Shown: positions 1 to 9,133 of the stretch, piece after piece
How the letters are laid out: every line of letters starts with the position of its first letter
Numbering within the stretch: position 1 is the stretch's first letter
Origin: Candidatus Latescibacterota bacterium
GTDB taxonomy: Bacteria; Latescibacterota; CBDEFO01
Assembly: GCA_965237525.1 (NCBI GenBank)
Contig: CBDEFO010000008.1
Coordinates: 1,056,001-1,120,000 of the forward strand
DNA: 64,000 bases
Reading direction: 5' to 3'
Translations under genes and position numbers: made by a program
Notes under the pieces: model-generated
Database searches by the model: none
What the model was told of the DNA's origin: nothing
Seen by the model: the letters and a program-made list of their open reading frames with translations, nothing else

Positions 1-1909
1 TCGGGTTGAGAGCGACCGTCTTTTCAAGATAACGCCTGGCTTCCCCTCTTTCTCCCTGCGCCAGTTTGACCCGTGCAAGGAGATTATACGCCGGAGAATG
101 ATAACGATCTATCTGGATGGCCTTTTTAAGCTTCTCTTCAGCCTTCACGTATCTCTTTGCGCGGAAATACACGATTCCCAGGTTGTAATGGAGCGTCGCT
201 GACTCTGGCGCTGCATTAGAAGCCTTCTCGTACTCCTGAAAAGACTTCAGGGTGTCCTGTAACGCTATGTAAAAGTCCGCCTTCGAGAAATGATAGTTGG
301 AAACGATCTTGGCCGTCCATTTGTCCTTGTAACAGGGGGCGGTGGAGAAGGAATCGGGATCTACAAAGTTCCAAAAATGGTCCCGGATCCGATAGTCGGA
401 GCCTTCTTTTACGACCCGGTAGCAGAGTCCCTCAGGCATAAGGGTGTATCCGGGAGCAAAGTCGAGATTTTTCTTGATAACGTAGTAGACAGGGCGATCT
501 TCCTTCTGGATGAGGGCACTTTCAACTCCCCGCCGCAACTTTGATTTCTGCTGGAAGGGGAGTCTGGCGTAATCCTTCCCGTAGATACCGCTGAATACAG
601 GACCATCCCTGTGGTAAAGATCCACATCGGGTCGCATCTTCTCTACGACCTTCAGATAGTCCAGTATAAACGATGCGTCGTCACCCTCTGTTAAGAGAAC
701 GGCCGAATGATCCAAAGACCTTAGTATATCTCTTCCATAGTAGTATGCGAGCCTGTTCTGGCTCAGGTCGTTTCTGTGGAAATTAAACGCTAAAGGAAAG
801 ACAGCAAGTGCGATCATAACCGCCGATATTACATTTCGTGTGGAAAATCCGAAGGATATTTCCCCCGTTTTCTGCTGAATATACGTCAGGGCGTATGCGA
901 TCCAGATGGAGACCACGAAAAACGATGGGATAAAGAACACCTGAATATCTAGTATTCTATAGTTGATCGCATAGAAAACTGAGAGAGTAAATATCAGAGC
1001 TGAAAAGGCGAATATCCTCCTGTTAGACTTCATATTTGCGACCATTCCCACGGGCGCAAGCCAGATTACGTATGTGGTGAACTCTCGAGGGAGAGATTTA
1101 ATGTACTTCAGCAGATTATAGAGCGCGGCGTCGGCCTGCAGCTGGAAGGGAAGGCTGAACATCCTGTGAGAATATGTGAGCATGTATCTTAAAAAGTCGC
1201 TCAAGGTATCTACAGGAGCCCACCTAAATGGCAGAGATGGATCGTCTCTGAGGGGAAGATATATATAGGGGGTAAGGCCCAGGATCACAAGCGTAACTAG
1301 ATAAGCCAGATCTTTGAGCCTTATTCTGCCGGGGGACGATACGAGAAAGAAAATAAGAGCCGGAAGTAGCAGAACAGACGTCAGATGGCTCGACAGGGAA
1401 AGTCCAAAAATAAATGCCGAAAGCGCAAGGTATCTTTTATCCTGAGTCCGATCCCACGTCAAAAGCGCAAAGGTAAGAAGACTCATTAAAAGGATATTAA
1501 GCGTATAGACCTCAGCTGTGACAGACTGAGACCAGAATCCCGATGAGAAGGCGAAGATAAGGGCAGATGAGAAGGATGCCGCTGCAGATTTTGTGAGCCT
1601 GTAGAGGAGAAGGTAGAAGACGAATATGGAGGACGATCCAAAAAAAGCGGATATAAGGTTGATCTTAAAGGGAACGTTGCCCCCCGGGACGAGCAGGGAA
1701 AATATTCTTGCCAAAAGACAGTAGAGAGGATAGCCTGTAGGGTGTGCTATACCGAGCGTGTGAGCTGCGGTTATGAGTTCTCCGCTCCCCACCACATAGA
1801 CCGTCGGACAGAGGGTGTTGAGGTAGACTACAAAGGAGATAAGGGAACATAGGGAGGCGACATAGATATCCTTCCTTTCGATTTTCCTGTCCGCTATTGA
1901 TAAGAGCAT
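1..1909 (-). CDS. DUF2723/TMEM260-like membrane glycosyltransferase with C-terminal TPRs (runs off the left edge)
   Basis: Manual translation from ATG at 1909: MLLSIADRKIERKDIYVASLCSLISFVVYLNTLCPTVYVVGSGELITAAHTLGIAHPTGYPLYCLL..., matching the DUF2723 signature SGELxxAAxxLGxAHPxGYP. Many hydrophobic segments. The TPR-like end (LEKTVALNP) at the window edge is in the same frame. Confidence 0.85.
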   Translation of the reverse strand, partial: MLLSIADRKIERKDIYVASLCSLISFVVYLNTLCPTVYVVGSGELITAAHTLGIAHPTGYPLYCLLARIFSLLVPGGNVPFKINLISAFFGSSSIFVFYLLLYRLTKSAAASFSSALIFAFSSGFWSQSVTAEVYTLNILLMSLLTFALLTWDRTQDKRYLALSAFIFGLSLSSHLTSVLLLPALIFFLVSSPGRIRLKDLAYLVTLVILGLTPYIYLPLRDDPSLPFRWAPVDTLSDFLRYMLTYSHRMFSLPFQLQADAALYNLLKYIKSLPREFTTYVIWLAPVGMVANMKSNRRIFAFSALIFTLSVFYAINYRILDIQVFFIPSFFVVSIWIAYALTYIQQKTGEISFGFSTRNVISAVMIALAVFPLAFNFHRNDLSQNRLAYYYGRDILRSLDHSAVLLTEGDDASFILDYLKVVEKMRPDVDLYHRDGPVFSGIYGKDYARLPFQQKSKLRRGVESALIQKEDRPVYYVIKKNLDFAPGYTLMPEGLCYRVVKEGSDYRIRDHFWNFVDPDSFSTAPCYKDKWTAKIVSNYHFSKADFYIALQDTLKSFQEYEKASNAAPESATLHYNLGIVYFRAKRYVKAEEKLKKAIQIDRYHSPAYNLLARVKLAQGERGEARRYLEKTVALNP

Positions 1910-2009
1910 GAGCGTAGCATGCGTTCTGTATTTCGGTCAATGTTTAGTATAGGGGCGATAAACCCAGCCCTTACAGATATCGTGTTCCCTGGGGATTCAA
2001 CGTTCCGAA

Positions 2010-3125
2010 TCAGACGGAAGCAGACTGCCTCGTCTTTAGCTTTCCCTCTCCATATTCGCAAAAGAGACGCCCCCACTTTGTATCCATAAATTCGTCAATG
2101 ATCCTCTTACCCACCGTGGGATACCACATAAAGTCGTGGTAGACGTTGGAAGCAAATGGAGCCCAGGCAACTAAAGGAGAGTGCAGAAGTATCTTTTCAA
2201 AGGGACGCAGAGCGCCCTTCCTCAGCATCTGATCTCCCCATATAACGAAGCTCCTTTTTGCCTCGAATCCGAAGTCTGTGTCCGTTATGTCCTCTCCGAC
2301 GATCTCTATTTCCTTGGGATCACCCACACCTAGTCGCCTCTCGTGGCACATCCTGATGTAGGGTATCTCCATAGGTTCGAACCCCATCATCTTGGCGGCT
2401 ATGCTGTCTATGGCTACGCTGTCCCCGCTGGCTAATATGTAGTCCTTGATATGGGGGTCCATAGTCCTTGGACCTGCCCCGTCTCCGCAGACCGTTCCGT
2501 CCATAACGGCAAAGACGCCCGGGTGGATCTCCTTCTGCATGATCATAAGGTCTACCAGCGTTTCGTGAATATATTTGTGTGCATAGTGGCGGACCTCCTT
2601 CAACATCCCGCCGAAGGCGTTCTTTATAGCCCCTGTCGTCGTGGAGTGACCATGCGTCTTTACTGTGGGAAGGTGCACTATATTCTTCCCGATGAATATC
2701 TTCGGAATCTGTATCCCGCGAGGGAATATCTCCTTAAGGACGAGGAGCTCTTCTTGGAACTCGTAAGTAGTCCACTCCACTTCGGGAAGGGGTATAAAGG
2801 GCAGTCCGAACGATTCGAGCACGGGCATCCAGTTGTTCTCCACCGCCCCCTTTTTGGGATCCGTAACCACGGTCTTATTTTCCAGGGGAAAGAGGGCCTC
2901 CCTTTCGAATCCATCTCGAAGGAGGGTATTAAGAACGCCCTCTAACTGCCAGGGCTGGGAAGAGCAGGCGGGAAAGTACTTTGTCCAGGAGAGATTCAGC
3001 TTGATTATCGTATCTACATCTTTGGAGATGAACCGCTCGTACTCTGCAAGGCGCATAAGTTTCGCATAATCATCCACTACCGTCTCAGGGGTAGTCTTAA
3101 GAACTGCCACCTTAGGTGTTGCCAT
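2010..3125 (-). CDS. DUF362 domain protein
   Basis: 371 aa; IKLNLSW, LPTVKTHGHSTTTGAIKNAFGG and DSVAIDSIAAKMMG motifs typical of DUF362. Confidence 0.85.
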   Translation of the reverse strand: MATPKVAVLKTTPETVVDDYAKLMRLAEYERFISKDVDTIIKLNLSWTKYFPACSSQPWQLEGVLNTLLRDGFEREALFPLENKTVVTDPKKGAVENNWMPVLESFGLPFIPLPEVEWTTYEFQEELLVLKEIFPRGIQIPKIFIGKNIVHLPTVKTHGHSTTTGAIKNAFGGMLKEVRHYAHKYIHETLVDLMIMQKEIHPGVFAVMDGTVCGDGAGPRTMDPHIKDYILASGDSVAIDSIAAKMMGFEPMEIPYIRMCHERRLGVGDPKEIEIVGEDITDTDFGFEAKRSFVIWGDQMLRKGALRPFEKILLHSPLVAWAPFASNVYHDFMWYPTVGKRIIDEFMDTKWGRLFCEYGEGKLKTRQSASV

Positions 3126-3169
3126 ATTCCGCTCCTTTGACCTTATTCTGGTATCGGGTCAACATAGTC

Positions 3170-3487
3170 TGGAGGTGATTATAGAGATCCGCAATAGTAA
3201 TCTGCATACCCGGATCTCGGCCAGGATCTGTACAGGCTTTTTGGAGCCGCGTGCTTGCGCTTTATCAGTGCAATACCCCTGAGCACCTTTCCCTGCAGGC
3301 CCGTCCGGTGGTGGTTCACAGCCGCGAGGATGATTTCATACCTTCAGTCCGCGGCCGGCGGCTCGACGAGGCGGCCAGGAAACTCAGGCAGTTCCTCGAG
3401 ATCGCGGGGGATCACAACGACCGATTTTTGCTGTCAATAGAGTCCTACAGAGAGCCCCTAGAGGAGCTTATTGAGGAGTCGGATTGA
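3170..3487 (+). pseudogene. Degenerate C-terminal fragment of an alpha/beta hydrolase
   Basis: PDLGQDLY...(frameshift)...PVVVHSREDDFIP...RRLDEAA...QFLEIAGDHND resembles the Asp/His catalytic end of small alpha/beta hydrolases; no N-terminus. Confidence 0.55.
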
Positions 3488-3496
3488 AGAAGCAGT

Positions 3497-4263
3497 TCAG
3501 ACCTTGCCTTCTTTTTCCCACTCCTCAAATAGTTGCTTCTTGTAGGCCTCGACCCGCTCCTTGTCCTCTTTGGCGCGTTGGGCGTAGTAGACAAACCCCA
3601 GGGCCCTCCGGTGCCGTTCGCTTGGATTCGCGTCAGTCCGGTGAATGGTCATGCAGTGGTGCGCGATAAGGTCGCCAGGCTCGGCGTGAATAGCCGCCTC
3701 AATCTGGTAGTCCGCCTCGCGATAGCGTAGTCCGTTATGCCCAGGGAAAAACCCAACACATTGGAGCTCTGGTGCGGACGCATACCCCGGCATCGCGACC
3801 CCGGCACAAAGCGCATGCAGCCGTTCTCATCGTCGATTGTATCCAGGGCCAGCCACAAGGTCACGGCCTCGTTGGGCTCCAGCATGAAGTAGAACCCATC
3901 CTGATGGGGTGGGGTCACCTTGCCGACCCGGGCGGGCTTGTTGAACCACGACATTCCGCTGGTCACCACCTGGTCGTTCATCAACAACTCGGCGAGTTCG
4001 ACAAGGCTGCTGCTGGTGCAAAGGTCCTTGAAATAGGCGTCGTGTTTGGACATGCTCTCCAGCCGCATGATGGCTTCGGGGTCGTCCTTCACTTCGTAGA
4101 AAGCCGCCTTGTCCGGAAGTCGGGGCAGTACCTCGGCAATGTAGCGGTCGGTCTGGAGATTGATTTCTTCTGCTTCTTCCGAACTCAGAAATCCGCGCAG
4201 CACAATGTAACCATCCCGGTCGAAGGCTTCCTTGATCTCCTGGGCGTTTTTCTTCCAGTCCAT
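3497..4263 (-). pseudogene. Phytanoyl-CoA dioxygenase (PhyH) family protein, frameshifted near 3720
   Basis: ORF 3649..4263 has FDRDGY, TPPHQDGFY and WLALD..ENGCMRFVPGS; the distal His (HHCMTIHRTDAN..RRALGFVYY) lies in the overlapping frame 3497..3793. Confidence 0.8.
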
Positions 4264-4335
4264 GATTTCTCCTTTCGCTATTATTCAGTATCGATCAGCT
4301 CTGGCGTTACCAAATTTCCGGGTTGGCCGTGCCAA

Positions 4336-5157
4336 TCAGTCTAACGGTAAGTCTGCTTCGTAGGCTTCGACCTCTGGGAACCGTGTCGTGCCGCACAGCA
4401 GCCGGCCTAATCGCGGGCGGCGATCGTCATAGACCTCTACCGCGTCGGCGTCGGCGTATCGCATGAAAAGGATACGTCGGTCGCGATCTTTTGATAGGTT
4501 ACCCTGAGACTTGTGCAGCATGTGACAGTGGAAAAACAAGCATTCGCCAGCCTTCACCGGCATCGGCACGCCAAGGCTGTCATCCACGGTCAGCTCCACG
4601 GGACGGTTGCCCCCCTTGTCCGCCTTCGTGCGCGAGACCTCACACTGGCCTTGTTGGTGGCTGCCAGGGACCAGCCACAGGCATCCGTTGCCCACGTCAG
4701 TGTCGTCCAGAGCCGTCAAACAGGATATCGCGCTGTAGGGGTCCAACTCACCATACGCGTTGTCCTGATGCCAGGCAAACGGCTGTGTGTTGCCGCGCAT
4801 CTTGAATGTTAACTGGGAAGTCGCGGCCTTGATGTTCGTCCCGATCACCTGCCTTGCGATGTCCACCAGGGGTCCGCTGAAGTAATATCGGCGTACCACG
4901 TCCGAGCGGTGATGAATGTTGGGAAGCAACGCATTGTGCAGCCATGTTTTGTTTGGATCAAACGCGTCTTTCTCTGCACTCCAGGCTTGCATCACTTCCT
5001 GTCGCATCAGCTCCAGTCCCTTCTCCGTCAGCGTGCTGCCGATGTTGAGGTAGCCCTCTTCGCCATATCGTTCGATCTGTTCGTCCGTGAGCATGAAGTA
5101 GTTGAAAACATCGGTGTGACGGTCCGTCACGATGTCAGCCATGGGTCTGTCCTCCAC
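4336..5157 (-). CDS. Phytanoyl-CoA dioxygenase (PhyH) family protein
   Basis: 273 aa; FAWHQDNAY, NGCLWLVPGSH, HMLHKSQGN..RR (HxD...H facial triad). Confidence 0.9.
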   Translation of the reverse strand: MEDRPMADIVTDRHTDVFNYFMLTDEQIERYGEEGYLNIGSTLTEKGLELMRQEVMQAWSAEKDAFDPNKTWLHNALLPNIHHRSDVVRRYYFSGPLVDIARQVIGTNIKAATSQLTFKMRGNTQPFAWHQDNAYGELDPYSAISCLTALDDTDVGNGCLWLVPGSHQQGQCEVSRTKADKGGNRPVELTVDDSLGVPMPVKAGECLFFHCHMLHKSQGNLSKDRDRRILFMRYADADAVEVYDDRRPRLGRLLCGTTRFPEVEAYEADLPLD

Positions 5158-5297
5158 TTGCTTATATGTGATCTATTTCTCTTATCTTTCTACTTCGCTG
5201 TGATATGCAAACCTCGGACATGCATCACTTTCGGTGAAAGACCAGCATTGCTCTCTTGTCATCTAATTTCTCACCTACTTGCTCTTCAAAGAAACTA

Positions 5298-5680
5298 TCA
5301 ACTGGACTTTTTACGGGTGCAAGAGTTCTGTACATGCGTCTCAAGTTTAGTAATCTTACTGCTTCTGTGTCCGAATAGTTCCCTAATATATCTCAAGACA
5401 ATGCCAATTTCAAGCAAATTCGTAGCGAAACTGTGCCTCAAATAGTGTACCGCTACCTTTCTGTCTATTCCTCCATTTTTGCAGACCCCTTCAAGAATCT
5501 TTTGAACTGTTGGAATCGCGAGATTCCTCCCTTGGCACTGCCTGTCTGAAGCCACTTCTCTTGCTCACCTATCTGTATCACCCCAAAACCCTTATAGGGA
5601 CATCCGGAAAGATTGTATATCTTACTTTCCTGCCTCTATCTCCTTGGAAATGAATCTAACCTCCAGGGAGTGGACAAGGT
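5298..5680 (-). pseudogene. Degenerate tyrosine recombinase/integrase, C-terminal part
   Basis: VHYLRHSFATNLLEIGIVLRYIRELFGHRSSKITKLETHV is a decayed box II (HxLRHSFATHLLExGxDLRYIQELLGH); a GRKxRYTI-like segment upstream lies in another frame; the catalytic Tyr is not visible. Confidence 0.75.
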
Positions 5681-5691
5681 GCCCTGTCTTC

Positions 5692-6015
5692 TTACTTAGT
5701 CTCCTCCTCTATCCAATTCAGATAGTCCTTTGAACCGCCTAAGATGGGAAGGGCTATTATCTCAGGGACCTCGTAGCTGTGCAGTTCTTTGACTTTTTTT
5801 ATTATTTCCTCCAACTGATCCTGCGTGCTTTTGGCTATCAAAAGGACTTCGGTTTCGTCGCAAATTTCGCCCTTCCACCAGTAGAACGACCTTATAGAGG
5901 AAGCTATGTTGGAGCAAGCCACAAGCTTCTCCTCGATAAGCGCCCGTCCGATTCTTTGCGCCTCTTCGTCTGAGCTTGCGGTTACAAATATAACTACGTA
6001 TTGCGACAATTCCAT
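5692..6015 (-). CDS. cutA: Divalent-cation tolerance protein CutA
   Basis: 107 aa; LVACSNI, SFYWWKG, ELHSYEVPEII, YLNWI. Confidence 0.95.
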   Translation of the reverse strand: MELSQYVVIFVTASSDEEAQRIGRALIEEKLVACSNIASSIRSFYWWKGEICDETEVLLIAKSTQDQLEEIIKKVKELHSYEVPEIIALPILGGSKDYLNWIEEETK

Positions 6016-6052
6016 CTTTTCTCTTCCGCTAAAAATCTGGAAATCTTTCTAA

Positions 6053-6282
6053 CCCGATTAATTCATAATCTTGGTGGAGTCATTGCGAGGAGCAACGCGA
6101 CGAAGCAATCTCAACGTTTTATAGTGGTCTCCTATGAGAGCCGGAGCCTATTACGTCTACCACAGAAATCGAGATTGCTTCGCCTTAGGCTCGCAATGAC
6201 ACCGAAGGTCGTTAAACGGGATAACTATAATATAATACAATAGCTTAATTAATACACGACCTTTTTTTGTGAATTATTCAGG
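6053..6282 (+). mobile_element. MITE copy 1 (230 bp, lacks the internal 21-nt hairpin)
   Basis: Ends CCCGATTAATTCA / TGAATTATTCAGG; internal inverted arms GTCATTGCGAG..GAAGCAATCTC / GAGATTGCTTCG..CTCGCAATGAC; clearly homologous to copies at 11550, 43856 and 45636. Confidence 0.85.
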
Positions 6283-7018
6283 ATAATACAAAACTCTCCA
6301 ATTTCTGTGCCACCTGGATAGCGTCTCTTGCATCTTCGAGGGAGTAATCCCGAAAATCCTCTGGATAACTGACTGCTACAGCGTAAGGGTTTGAACTTAT
6401 TATCTCAGACGTTATGCTATTAAACGCTGGTTCTGCCAACGCACATAGGTCTTTCAGATGGACTAAACTATGGGTCTTTTCAAATTCAATCTGGTGAAAG
6501 ACCAGAAGTCCCTTCGAGTATTTCTCCGCCGCCTGCTGCGAGTGTAAGCAGATAATATCCTCAGAGGGAGAGTCCAGTTCGATCAGAGCCTCGGCGTCTC
6601 TTAGATCGCTCCGGGCTTTTTTGAACCGTTCCCACACTAACTTTGTAATCGTATCTCGGTGGTTCATAGTCTTCTCCACCCTCTTTTTCTCCTGTCCTGG
6701 CTGCTGGTAGAGCGTCTTGCCCGTTCTTATAACCTTGTTTATGAAAGCCCCTTTCACATCTTCGTATTCTTCCACCTCCTGGGGCGTATAGACGATGATA
6801 TCAATCGGAACGCCGAAGGGAGAGATCACCTCGTATGCCTCTACTGCCCTCTTATGCCTCGGCAGATCGGATTCTTTAATCAGGACTATATCTAAGTCGC
6901 TGCCCTTATTTGGAATTCCATGGGCGTGCGATCCGAATAATATAATCTTTTCGGGATGTATCTTTTCGACTATTTTGTCTTTGATATCCCGTATGAGTGT
7001 TTCTGTTATTTTGGTCAT
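6278..7018 (-). CDS. Fused minimal nucleotidyltransferase (MNT) + HEPN domain protein
   Basis: IILFGSHAHG..SDLDIV (MNT), followed by ICLHSQQAAEKYSKG..KTHSLVHL..YAVAVSYP (HEPN PF05168-like); the stop codon lies inside the MITE end. Confidence 0.85.
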   Translation of the reverse strand: MTKITETLIRDIKDKIVEKIHPEKIILFGSHAHGIPNKGSDLDIVLIKESDLPRHKRAVEAYEVISPFGVPIDIIVYTPQEVEEYEDVKGAFINKVIRTGKTLYQQPGQEKKRVEKTMNHRDTITKLVWERFKKARSDLRDAEALIELDSPSEDIICLHSQQAAEKYSKGLLVFHQIEFEKTHSLVHLKDLCALAEPAFNSITSEIISSNPYAVAVSYPEDFRDYSLEDARDAIQVAQKLESFVLS

Positions 7019-8157
7019 TTTATAGCTGTGGAAACCTGAGCAATTTCCGCTTCAGATTCACCGGGAAAATAGCCGTAAAATCCCCTCGGCGCAGGTCTTT
7101 CAAACCATCGGGCTATGACCTTTTCTGCCGGCTTCTTCCTCGGCGTAAACCCTCTGTTGGAATATCCTCCGATGTTCGGGTCGGTGAACCATTTCCACCA
7201 GTAGAGGCCGTAAAACCAGGGCCTTCCCCAGAAAGTCGCTAAAACAGCCTGGTAGCATTCGGCCTGCTCCTGGTGATTTACAGGAGAGCGCGAACTCCAC
7301 TCCCAGGGCCGAACGCTTGTGCCATAGACACTTTTGTATCCCACCTCCGTAAAGATTATGGGCTTATTCACTTTCTTGTTAAATTCATCCAACTGATCGG
7401 CTATCAGTTCGCATCCCATTTTAAGCTCCTCAAGCGAGGCGTCCTCTTTGTCGCTCAAGGGGAAAAAGGCGTTTATGCCCACGTAATCCAAAAGGTCCCA
7501 GAACTCTATTAAACTGTATTCCTGCCACCAGTTCGCGGCATAGATCAACGGTCCGCTGTAGATGGTCCTGATCTCCTTTATAAGTCTTCTCCAGTCGTCC
7601 TTCCTCTGCACAGCGGTGGCCATAAGTTCGGTGCCTACGCAGAAGACCTCAGCGTTATAGTCTTCGGCTATCCGGGCGTAGTGTAGGATAAAGATTCTAT
7701 AGTTTCGGAACCACTCCTTCCACGCCGATTCGTTCGGCATTCTTATAGTGCCCCTCCAGTTTCCATCCCATCTCTTCCCGAGCCAGATGTGGGGTTTGAT
7801 CATAACCTTGAGGCCCATACGGTGCGCCTCTTTTACGGCATGTATGACATCCTTATCTGTTGGATCCACTCCGAAACCGATATAAGAATCGTCGAATTTC
7901 TTCTGAAATGCAAAGGGAGTGATAGATATATATTCTACGTTTATGTCTGAGAGTATCCCCAGAGACTGCCTGGACTTTCGCGACCTCAAGCTATTGTCCT
8001 GTCGGTATCCGTGCGTATAAGAGACGCCCTTTTGCCAGGTGGGGCGAAACTTTTTCTCTTGGACTGCCGGAAACGCTCCGGACTTTTCTCTGTAGACCAG
8101 AATAGGAATTAACAGCAGTATTAATATAAATATTCTGTAGCATCTATGTTGTGACAT
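7015..8157 (-). CDS. Glycoside hydrolase family 113-like secreted protein
   Basis: N-terminal hydrophobic signal; KVMIKPHIW, VGTEL, YAANW, GINAFFPL, KPIIFTEVGY, FTPRKKPAE. Confidence 0.8.
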   Translation of the reverse strand: MSQHRCYRIFILILLLIPILVYREKSGAFPAVQEKKFRPTWQKGVSYTHGYRQDNSLRSRKSRQSLGILSDINVEYISITPFAFQKKFDDSYIGFGVDPTDKDVIHAVKEAHRMGLKVMIKPHIWLGKRWDGNWRGTIRMPNESAWKEWFRNYRIFILHYARIAEDYNAEVFCVGTELMATAVQRKDDWRRLIKEIRTIYSGPLIYAANWWQEYSLIEFWDLLDYVGINAFFPLSDKEDASLEELKMGCELIADQLDEFNKKVNKPIIFTEVGYKSVYGTSVRPWEWSSRSPVNHQEQAECYQAVLATFWGRPWFYGLYWWKWFTDPNIGGYSNRGFTPRKKPAEKVIARWFERPAPRGFYGYFPGESEAEIAQVSTAIK

Positions 8158-8185
8158 GGATCATATCCAATTTTCAAGTAGATCC

Positions 8186-9094
8186 CTATAACGACCAGCG
8201 ATAGTGCTTGGCTCCATGCGATGCCCGCAGTGCAAACTCCCACCTCTGGCGCCAGGTCTCGTAGTTGGTCTGCGCCGCCTCTGGGCGCAGCTTGCTGCGC
8301 ATAAGGAACGCCGGGTAGAAGGGGCGTCCTGTCGGTTGATATGCGTCGTTGTAGTGCAGGTCAAAGCTCCATCGCACTGCATCTGTCTCGTTCGGTCGAG
8401 CGTGGTGCAAGGTGTAGTTGTGGAACAGGATGACTCCGCCTCTGTGCAGAGGCAGGGGCTGTGGTTCGATGGATGGGAGATCTTCGGGAATTATACCCAG
8501 CCCGTAAGAGTTCTGAGTATGCTGCCTAAGACCGTCTGTGTGGCTTCTGGGCATCACCTCTAAGCAGCCGTTCTCCAGCGTTGCGTCCACAAGGGGTACC
8601 CAGATTGTGAGCATAAAGTAGGGGTCAGCGTCGGGCCAGCACACGCCGGCGTCTTGATGCCAGGAGCTCGGCCGTGTGCCGGTCTGTTGGTGCGGAAGGA
8701 CTGCCCTTATGTGCTGGATTGGATTGCACACAAACTCAGAGCCGACAAGCGATTCAGCCAGGTCCAGGATCTTGGGATTCTTCAAAAAGTTGAAGGTCGC
8801 CACCCCGCGCTCCTGCATAATGTCAAGCCCTTCGGCGATTTGTGGGGCTTCCCTGGCCAAGGACAGCAGTCGCCTTTCAAAGGGTTCATCTGCGAAAAGC
8901 TCGCTGAGTTTTCCCTCTTTATACAACTGCTGTGCACGTTTGTCGGTGATGGAGGAATATTCCTCCATCACCGGGCTTATGTCGTCCTCGTTCAGCACTT
9001 CCTCTAAGAGCAGGTAGTCGTTCTCATAGAAGGATAAGATCTGAGACTTTGTCAAGCGCATAATTATTATCATTCCTTTCCATCTTAATGGCAT
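8186..9094 (-). CDS. Phytanoyl-CoA dioxygenase (PhyH) family protein
   Basis: SWHQDAG, WVPLVDATLENGCLEVMPRSH, HNYTLHHARPN..RWSFD. Confidence 0.9.
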   Translation of the reverse strand: MPLRWKGMIIIMRLTKSQILSFYENDYLLLEEVLNEDDISPVMEEYSSITDKRAQQLYKEGKLSELFADEPFERRLLSLAREAPQIAEGLDIMQERGVATFNFLKNPKILDLAESLVGSEFVCNPIQHIRAVLPHQQTGTRPSSWHQDAGVCWPDADPYFMLTIWVPLVDATLENGCLEVMPRSHTDGLRQHTQNSYGLGIIPEDLPSIEPQPLPLHRGGVILFHNYTLHHARPNETDAVRWSFDLHYNDAYQPTGRPFYPAFLMRSKLRPEAAQTNYETWRQRWEFALRASHGAKHYRWSL

Positions 9095-9133
9095 CCAATA
9101 TCTTCTGTTTTCCCCTTCACAGTGAGTCCGGAT

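Noticed and set aside
5298..5680. Functional integron integrase with cassettes
   Set aside because: Only a degenerate fragment remains, and I could not identify attC-like sites around the PhyH genes.
6001..6243. 80-aa ORF and similar ORFs overlapping repeats (also the extension 23640-23696)
   Set aside because: These are translations of the MITE or palindromic arms, not genes.
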